From: Candidatus Cloacimonadales bacterium
Lineage (GTDB): Bacteria > Cloacimonadota > Cloacimonadia > Cloacimonadales > JAIOQZ01
Direction: 5' to 3'
DNA: 64,000 bases
Assembly (NCBI GenBank): GCA_963662655.2
Contig: CAXXTU010000002.1
Location: 2,656,001-2,720,000 of the forward strand
Shown: one piece after another, positions 57,705-64,000 of the stretch
Position numbering within the stretch: the first letter of the stretch is position 1
Layout of the letters: every line of letters begins with the position of its first letter
Made by a program: the position numbers and the translations under genes
Notes under the pieces: model-generated
The model's database searches: none
The model's input: the letters and a program-made list of their open reading frames with translations, nothing else
What the model was told of the DNA's origin: nothing

Positions 57705-60700
57705 TTATCTGCGTCTTGAAGCAGGCGCTACGGTATCTGCGGTGATCTTGTAGAAGTACATCGTCTCCGATGCTGCGCCTTCATCGACGAAGTTCGAATC
57801 CGTGTTGCTTCCGATGAGCGTCAGGTTCTCGGGATCGGTTCCGCGGTAGATGTGATACTGCGCCGCATTGGTTACATCCGCCCAATCGAGTTCGATGTTG
57901 CTACCGTTGACAACGATTACGACATCGGTCGGAGCTTCAACCACTCCACCAACAACCGAGTTCTCGGCTCCGGGTGTACCGCCGTTTACAAGGCTGGCAG
58001 ACCAGTTCGCCGCGAGGCTGTTATCCAAGGTCGGGCCGTTGAGCTCGAGTGACGGGCCGTCGCCGTCGCAAGCGGTTGGCCAGTCGCCGCCGTCGTCGTA
58101 CTCTACAGAGTCGATAACCTGTCCGCTGGCGGTACGCAATTCGATCGTTTCGCCACCATTGCTAAGCTGCTGACCATCGTTCCACTGGAACACCTGATAG
58201 CCATTGCCTTCGTAGGTTGCAGCGGTAAACGCGACGATAATATATTCGCCGGCCGCGATGGATGAGGATTCCGGGAACGTGAAGGATACACCGTCCGTGA
58301 CTTCGATTCCAGTCATGTCCACAGTCTCGGTACCGGCGTTGTATATCTCGAAAAACTCATACGGATCGTCGGTTCCTTCTGGATTGTACATGATCTCGTT
58401 GATGACCAGCGCTGGTGGTAGAACATCGTTGTCGATGATAACGAGCTCGAACTGGCTTGGGCTGCCGATCGCAGCGTTGTTACCACCCGAGATGTTCTGA
58501 ATCTCGAAGTACAGCGTTTCGGCGTCTTCCACGTCCGTATCGTCTGTGATGGTGATGGTGACCATCTGGTCGCTATCGTCGTTTGCCGGGAAGGTCACGC
58601 TCTGCGTGGTGTAGTTATCGATATCGGTCGCGTCGCCGGTGATCAGAACCACATCGAGGGTCGTGGCTACGGTTTCGCTCGGGCTGGTGATTGAAAGAAC
58701 CAGGTCGAATGTGCCCTGATCTTCATTGTATTCACCGGTTCCAGGATTGAAGCGCACAACGGTATCGGTGTTGTAAACCGAGTTCTGAGCGCCAGGTGTA
58801 CCATAATCGGCAGCGCTTGGCGACCAGTTGCTACCCATGCTGTTGTCGAGACTCGGCGCGATCAGTTCGAGGCTAGGACCGTTTCCGTCCGGAAGAGAAG
58901 GCCAATCGCCCGTGTCGCTGTATGTGACTTCGTCAAGGACGGCTGCGTCTGCGCCGAGCAGGGTTATGGCTTCCCCGCCGTTGCTCAGTCCACCGGACGT
59001 CCATTCGGCATCGGCTGCGAATCCATAGAACGCTTCGAAGGCCGTCGCGTTGACAGCAACGACGAAGTAATCGCCGGCCGCGACCACGTCACCGTTCTGG
59101 AAGGTGTAGGTCACGCCTGCGCCAAAGGAGAAGCCTTCGAGGTCGATCTGGTTATCGCCGGCGTTGTAAATCTCGATGAATTCGAGGGTGTCTGTGCCAG
59201 CCTCAGGCGGGTTGTAGTTGATCTCGTTGATCACGAGTTCGATAAGTTCGGGCTCGGAATAAGTGAAGTTGAAACTGGCTCCGTCGGTGCCGTTTCCACT
59301 GAGGTCTTCGACGTTGTTCACTACGATTGTGTAGTTGCCGTAGACGAGACCGGATACCGTCAGCGTCACGATGGAGTTGTCCACGTCGTCGCGAACCACT
59401 GCGGATACCGTCACGATGCGGCTGGAAATGTAATAGTTCTCGATTTCTTCTGCGGAAGATTCTTCCACGTCTTCGTTGAAATCGACTTGAATCGTGTTTT
59501 CGTCAACTACAACGACGTCGTCGATGGTTGGCTCTTCTGTGTCGGAATGCATGAAAATATCGTTTTCGTCGCGAGGTTCGATCTTGTACTGGCTATATGA
59601 GTAGTTACCGATACCGGTGATATCGTAAGTGTTGCCGGCAACGCGAACGAAACCGAAAAGCATCTGGTCGTCCACTTCCAGCACGCCGCTTCCGTCGTCA
59701 ACCTGCCACTGGCCGTTGCCCGAGTCATCCGAAACGCAAACCGCATCCATGACCTGAACCAGGACGCCTTCGTATCCTTCGGTGAGTCCGTCGGTTGTGA
59801 TGACAGTAGCGCTCGGCAGGGTGTTGCCGCTCGAATCGATGTTGAATGACGTAATCGTCGCGAGCTCAGTGAGGCCGCTATATTCTGCTACGGTAGCCGT
59901 CAGAGTTACGGCGTCCCCGATAGCAGGCGAATTGGAAGAATCGTAAACCCAAACACCGTTCCATGCGCCATCGCCGTCCTGAATGTAATATCCATTGTAT
60001 GCGATACCGGTGACAATACCGTATGTGGTGACGATTTGTCCGAGAAGCGGAGAAGCTTCGGCTTCACCCTGGATATCATGAATGGTATACGATGAAGCCA
60101 CCGTGTAGCTGTATTCCGGGCTGAGCGTGTTTTCGCTTTCGTTGTCGATCGCTTCGATTCTGTAATAGACCGTCGTGCCGCCGACCTGTGCGGGGATGTC
60201 TGTATCGGTTGCATAGGTGTATCCGCTTTCGAGGCTCATGTTGATATCGGTGGTGAGTGAGCCGGAAGTCGTTCCCCACCAACATTTCACGGTGGAAACC
60301 GAGCGTGAGTCGTCGGATACGTCCGCACGTACGGTTACAGCGTCGCTCGTTCCGGGAGCCGCGGGGTCGGTCGCGATGTTGGAAATCTGCGGCGGAAGGT
60401 TGCCGCCCTGGAAGAATCCTTCGATGCTGATATCGTCGATTTCCCAGCGGTGCGCGTATGTAGTGGTCGAGACATATTTAAAAGCGATATAGACGGTTCC
60501 GCTGTAGGAGGAGAGGTCGAGTGTACCTGAATCGGTCCATGCCCAACCACCGGGGCACCATGTGACCTGCGAGCTGAGATCATCCCATGTGAAACCGGAA
60601 GGATCGCTGGTTCCGTCGTAGGTGTTGGAAACCATGAGGTAGATGTCGTCGCCGGAGTAGCCTTCGGAAGAAGCGGAGATGAAATCGAGGGTTTCGCCGG

Positions 60701-61874
60701 TGTAGTTGTCGAAGTTGAGAGCCGGCGAGATGAGCCAGTCTTCATTGGGAACGTATCCGCCGGAGTAGCCGTTAATGTATGCGTAATACGCGCCGTTATA
60801 ATAGGCTGCATACCAGGTTTGGTCGCCGAGGACACTGTACTGCGTCCAGTTTCCGAGGGTCTGGCTGTCGAAATTTTCAAACTCGATCACGTCGGCCTGT
60901 GCGTCCGTTGTTGCGGATGCCGTCGGGCGAGGATGGCCCAAATCGTAGGTCGTATTGTAATCGATGTTCGAACCTTCGTTCGTGTAGGGATAGATTGCGT
61001 AGTAGTAGGTAGTGCCTGCTGCAAGGCCGGTCCAGTTGTAGCCGTTGCGTCCGTGCATGACATAAACCTGACCTTCGCCGTCGGTCATGTCGGTGTCTTC
61101 AGCGCTTTGAACGCCGTCAACGGGATTAGTGATTGCGCCAAGGCTTGTGGTGCTGCATTTCACGAGGAAGCCGTCGGCTGGAACGGTACCGTCGTTGTTG
61201 TCCCATGACAGGTTGACGGTTTCTGAACCGTCGGCCGTCGCGGTGAAGTTAGACGGGTGATTCGTTGGCTCCGGGTCCGGAGCGCTTCCGGAAGTACCGG
61301 TCACGGTCACGTTATCGAAGCGATAGTATTCTGTACCAGCGCCATTGTCTGCTTCAACATAAACAACCAGGCTGGAACCGGAGAGTCCGGTTACCTCAAA
61401 GGTTGTCGGTGGGGTCTGGATGTTACCGAATTCAGTAATGGTTCCACCGTCAATCTGGTAAGATGCCTTGATGAAATCGTCACCTTCAAAGCCACCCGAA
61501 GAAGAGATGTCGATGGTGATCCCAATATCGGAATATCCGGAGATGTCTATAGTCTCTGTGAGCCAGATTGCTCCGCCTATCGGCTCGGTTATCTGACCGT
61601 CGATATCACGGCCTTCAAATACGCCGCCTTGCACGCGCCACCAGTCGGAGGTTGCACAGAGGCCGATATTTTCGCCGACATCGTCACAGTTGTCGATATC
61701 GACGCTCCATTTTGTCACGCCTTCAAGATCCACGACCGGAGGTTCGGTCCAGGAAACGCCTGTAGCACCCTTTCCGTCGATCGCCGGATCGTCGAAATTT
61801 TCGAGCCAGATAGTTTCTGCGCTCATCATGCTGAATATGAGTAGTAGCGATAGAAATGCGAATAATCTTCTCAT
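57705..61874 (-). CDS. Large secreted multidomain protein (Fn3, adhesin-like, OB-fold, Ig-like, two lamin-tail domains, Calx-beta-like)
   Basis: Signal peptide from ATG 61874; EDWLISP; TIHDIQG...GIVTG; two LVINEI.YNP...EF/FEIYN units; very acidic. Confidence 0.85.
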   Translation of the reverse strand: MRRLFAFLSLLLIFSMMSAETIWLENFDDPAIDGKGATGVSWTEPPVVDLEGVTKWSVDIDNCDDVGENIGLCATSDWWRVQGGVFEGRDIDGQITEPIGGAIWLTETIDISGYSDIGITIDISSSGGFEGDDFIKASYQIDGGTITEFGNIQTPPTTFEVTGLSGSSLVVYVEADNGAGTEYYRFDNVTVTGTSGSAPDPEPTNHPSNFTATADGSETVNLSWDNNDGTVPADGFLVKCSTTSLGAITNPVDGVQSAEDTDMTDGEGQVYVMHGRNGYNWTGLAAGTTYYYAIYPYTNEGSNIDYNTTYDLGHPRPTASATTDAQADVIEFENFDSQTLGNWTQYSVLGDQTWYAAYYNGAYYAYINGYSGGYVPNEDWLISPALNFDNYTGETLDFISASSEGYSGDDIYLMVSNTYDGTSDPSGFTWDDLSSQVTWCPGGWAWTDSGTLDLSSYSGTVYIAFKYVSTTTYAHRWEIDDISIEGFFQGGNLPPQISNIATDPAAPGTSDAVTVRADVSDDSRSVSTVKCWWGTTSGSLTTDINMSLESGYTYATDTDIPAQVGGTTVYYRIEAIDNESENTLSPEYSYTVASSYTIHDIQGEAEASPLLGQIVTTYGIVTGIAYNGYYIQDGDGAWNGVWVYDSSNSPAIGDAVTLTATVAEYSGLTELATITSFNIDSSGNTLPSATVITTDGLTEGYEGVLVQVMDAVCVSDDSGNGQWQVDDGSGVLEVDDQMLFGFVRVAGNTYDITGIGNYSYSQYKIEPRDENDIFMHSDTEEPTIDDVVVVDENTIQVDFNEDVEESSAEEIENYYISSRIVTVSAVVRDDVDNSIVTLTVSGLVYGNYTIVVNNVEDLSGNGTDGASFNFTYSEPELIELVINEINYNPPEAGTDTLEFIEIYNAGDNQIDLEGFSFGAGVTYTFQNGDVVAAGDYFVVAVNATAFEAFYGFAADAEWTSGGLSNGGEAITLLGADAAVLDEVTYSDTGDWPSLPDGNGPSLELIAPSLDNSMGSNWSPSAADYGTPGAQNSVYNTDTVVRFNPGTGEYNEDQGTFDLVLSITSPSETVATTLDVVLITGDATDIDNYTTQSVTFPANDDSDQMVTITITDDTDVEDAETLYFEIQNISGGNNAAIGSPSQFELVIIDNDVLPPALVINEIMYNPEGTDDPYEFFEIYNAGTETVDMTGIEVTDGVSFTFPESSSIAAGEYIIVAFTAATYEGNGYQVFQWNDGQQLSNGGETIELRTASGQVIDSVEYDDGGDWPTACDGDGPSLELNGPTLDNSLAANWSASLVNGGTPGAENSVVGGVVEAPTDVVIVVNGSNIELDWADVTNAAQYHIYRGTDPENLTLIGSNTDSNFVDEGAASETMYFYKITADTVAPASRRR

Positions 61875-62164
61875 CGGTTTACTCCTTTTTTGCAGGGCAT
61901 CACCCCTATATTTTAAGATTTGGTACAAGATTACCCTTTGGTCGATTCTTTTGTCAAATACTTTGTAGACCCTGGGCGTGGTTAATCAATTGCTAAACAG
62001 ATAATTAATATCACTTGCTGCCGGAACTTATTGAAATGTGAAGCTGATAGGGAAACACGCGAAAATCCTGCTAACACAAAATTTATGTTCGCAGGAAGGT
62101 TAAATGTTCGGAAGTGAGTCTGGCTCAGGAATTCTGTGGGGATTATTCCGATTTATTCGATTTT

Positions 62165-63274
62165 TCAGTTCCTTCCTGTGATGAGCTTCATAATGTTCAC
62201 GCGCAGCATCAAGTCGTAGGAATTGATAATCCATATTCCGGTTTCGTTCTCGGCCCAGTTCCATTGAAGCTCAACGTAGTCGCGGTAGTCCAGCTTTACT
62301 CCGAATCCGTACGTAGGCCAATTGGAATCGTCTTCATCCTCGCCCAGCGCTTCCATGTTGCCGAGTCGATAGTACAGACAATCAAGAACGCATAATTCGA
62401 TACCCTCGGAGTAGTAATCTTGATCATTATTGCTAAAACCGTAATCCATGTAATCCGCGGTGATGGCTACACTTACAAGCTCATTGAAGAGGCCGCGACC
62501 AATCGAATCCAGCATCCATTCCGGGCAGTAGGTTCCCTTGGCGGCAAAGGAATACTTCAGACCATACATCAGTTGCTCTTCAACTGTGAAATCGAACATA
62601 GCGTGCTCGTATTCGATCGTTTCTTTTCCGATGTTGTACCAGTTCAATCCAGCGGCGATTTCGAGCGAGAAGTCCTGAATATTGACCGGTTTAACCAGAG
62701 CAAGCAGGCCGAGGTTTACGGTCGATTGCTCCTGGGATTTGGCGTATTCGCCCCAGTCGTACATGAAGCGTTGCCATGTCATTCCGAAGGATATCTCCGG
62801 CACGAAGCGATTTCGTCGGGAGCTGTTTCCGATAAATGCCTCGAACAGGTTGACACCGATTCCATAGTGTTCGGATCGCTCATATTCATCCTCATGGATG
62901 AAATCATTGCTATAATCAAAGGAGTGCCCGAATCTTCCATAATCGTTCAACGTCGGCAACAAAATGCCGATACCTCGCCATCCCAAGGATATGCAGGCGG
63001 CTCTGCGGTGATAGAAATCCTTCTGATCATGAACGTTGTTTCCATAAGCCATGCCACGAGCGTACCCGAGCTTGGCGGGATTATCCCAATACTCGAGGGG
63101 ATTCTGGCTCCAGACGTGTGCGCCTCCCGCGATATAGCTTCCCCGTCCCATCGTCGACGCGGAGACAGTTATAAGATTGGGTCTATCGTAGTAATGCTCG
63201 ACTCCGGAGCATGGGATCGCGAATGCGCCGATAAGCAGTATTGTAATGAGTAGAAAAATTGTTCTGTGATTCAT
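62165..63274 (-). CDS. PorV/PorQ-like outer-membrane beta-barrel protein
   Basis: Signal peptide; SASTMGRG...YWDNPAKLG hatch motif; alternating beta-strand pattern; TYGFGV near the C-terminus. Confidence 0.65.
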   Translation of the reverse strand: MNHRTIFLLITILLIGAFAIPCSGVEHYYDRPNLITVSASTMGRGSYIAGGAHVWSQNPLEYWDNPAKLGYARGMAYGNNVHDQKDFYHRRAACISLGWRGIGILLPTLNDYGRFGHSFDYSNDFIHEDEYERSEHYGIGVNLFEAFIGNSSRRNRFVPEISFGMTWQRFMYDWGEYAKSQEQSTVNLGLLALVKPVNIQDFSLEIAAGLNWYNIGKETIEYEHAMFDFTVEEQLMYGLKYSFAAKGTYCPEWMLDSIGRGLFNELVSVAITADYMDYGFSNNDQDYYSEGIELCVLDCLYYRLGNMEALGEDEDDSNWPTYGFGVKLDYRDYVELQWNWAENETGIWIINSYDLMLRVNIMKLITGRN

Positions 63275-63286
63275 CTTCTCTCCTTC

Positions 63287-63364
63287 TTAGAAAGCTTCTT
63301 GCATAATTTTCCACAGGTTCACGTTCAGCATCATGTCCCAGGTATTGTCGTTGTATGTGCTCAG
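63287..63364 (-). pseudogene. 3' remnant of a paralogue of the PorV-like gene
   Basis: Reads LSTYNDNTWDMMLNVNLWKIMQEAF*, matching INSYDLMLRVNIMKLITGRN* of the downstream gene. Confidence 0.55.
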
Positions 63365-63916
63365 TCATTACCAATTTTCGAGAATGAATGCATGAATCCT
63401 CCTGATGAATGGATACGTTAACGATAATTCAAGAAGTGAAAAAATGTGCGAGAGGTGTCAATTATAAAAAACGGAAACCTAACATCTTCCGCACTCGCGG
63501 AAAAGGGATTATTAGGTCACTCAATATTGAGGGAAATTCATGCAGATGGCAGGTATTCTGCGGAGAAAAATAGCGTTAAGGCGACTCGATATTAAAAAAA
63601 AATTGACAGGAATCGAAAAAAGAAGCTTATTCAGTAATAATGCCGATTCCGCTCTGAGAAAGTATCTTGCTTTCTCGCAAGCGAGCTGGAATTGCATTCG
63701 ACGCCCGTATGGTGTGGTTTCCTGGCGAAACAGCCGGTTGATCAGAAGTTTCACAGATGTCGTGCTGCTCTTGATGTGCTCCCGCACGAAGAAGCAGAAA
63801 TAGTCAATCACGAGTCATGAGGTAAATTTTGAAAATCGATCATCTCGAAACGAAATCACAGCTCAAATCGACCACTCTCCTTTCAAACACAATACAATTG
63901 CACTCTTGGAGGCTCT

Positions 63917-64000
63917 ATGCATAACCAGCGCAAGATGGTTAAGGTGTACATCATGGGCGAATCCCACATGGTACCGGACGGATCGACGATCCTTACGGCG
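63917..64000 (+). CDS. Start of a gene truncated by the window edge, possibly a 2Fe-2S-like N-terminal domain
   Basis: GGAGG RBS, then MHNQRKMVKVYIMGESHMVPDGSTILTA, open to the end of the window. Confidence 0.55.
   Translation, partial: MHNQRKMVKVYIMGESHMVPDGSTILTA

Noticed and set aside
62071..62087. Possible third Pho box (CTAACA-N5-TTTATG)
   Set aside because: Only one good half-site.
63521..63811. Overlapping 96-aa and 87-aa ORFs on opposite strands
   Set aside because: No recognisable motif or convincing RBS, so neither can be supported as a gene.

Overview
Bacterial chromosomal fragment, probably from an anaerobe of the Candidatus Cloacimonadota type. This is an inference from the secreted proteins with FlgD-Ig/T9SS-like C-terminal domains, a PorV-like protein and the gene content. 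Most of the window is housekeeping or envelope genes: gpmA, hldD, rnhC, nfo, a phoBR-sigma / pstSCAB-phoU phosphate locus, aqpZ, queD, engB, a larA-family gene, purL, a tsaC-phosphatase fusion and envC. Accessory DNA includes an intact ISL3, an ISL3-related MITE, REP-like palindromes and two defence-like genes (SIR2-TPR and SEFIR/TIR). The main finding is an 8-gene co-directional cluster at 20985-32302. It combines saccharopine-pathway enzymes (SDH, LKR), a fungal-like homoisocitrate dehydrogenase, two single-chain aconitase-family enzymes and an HD protein with a citrate-lyase-like CitD-E/CitF pair, but no homocitrate synthase. It is a candidate alpha-aminoadipate pathway built around a 'homocitrate lyase', possibly running in reverse to degrade lysine. 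There are also unexplained structured non-coding elements, including a two-copy ~115-nt hairpin with compensatory base changes. No rRNA, tRNA or CRISPR array was seen. All calls come from reading motifs by eye; no database searches were run.
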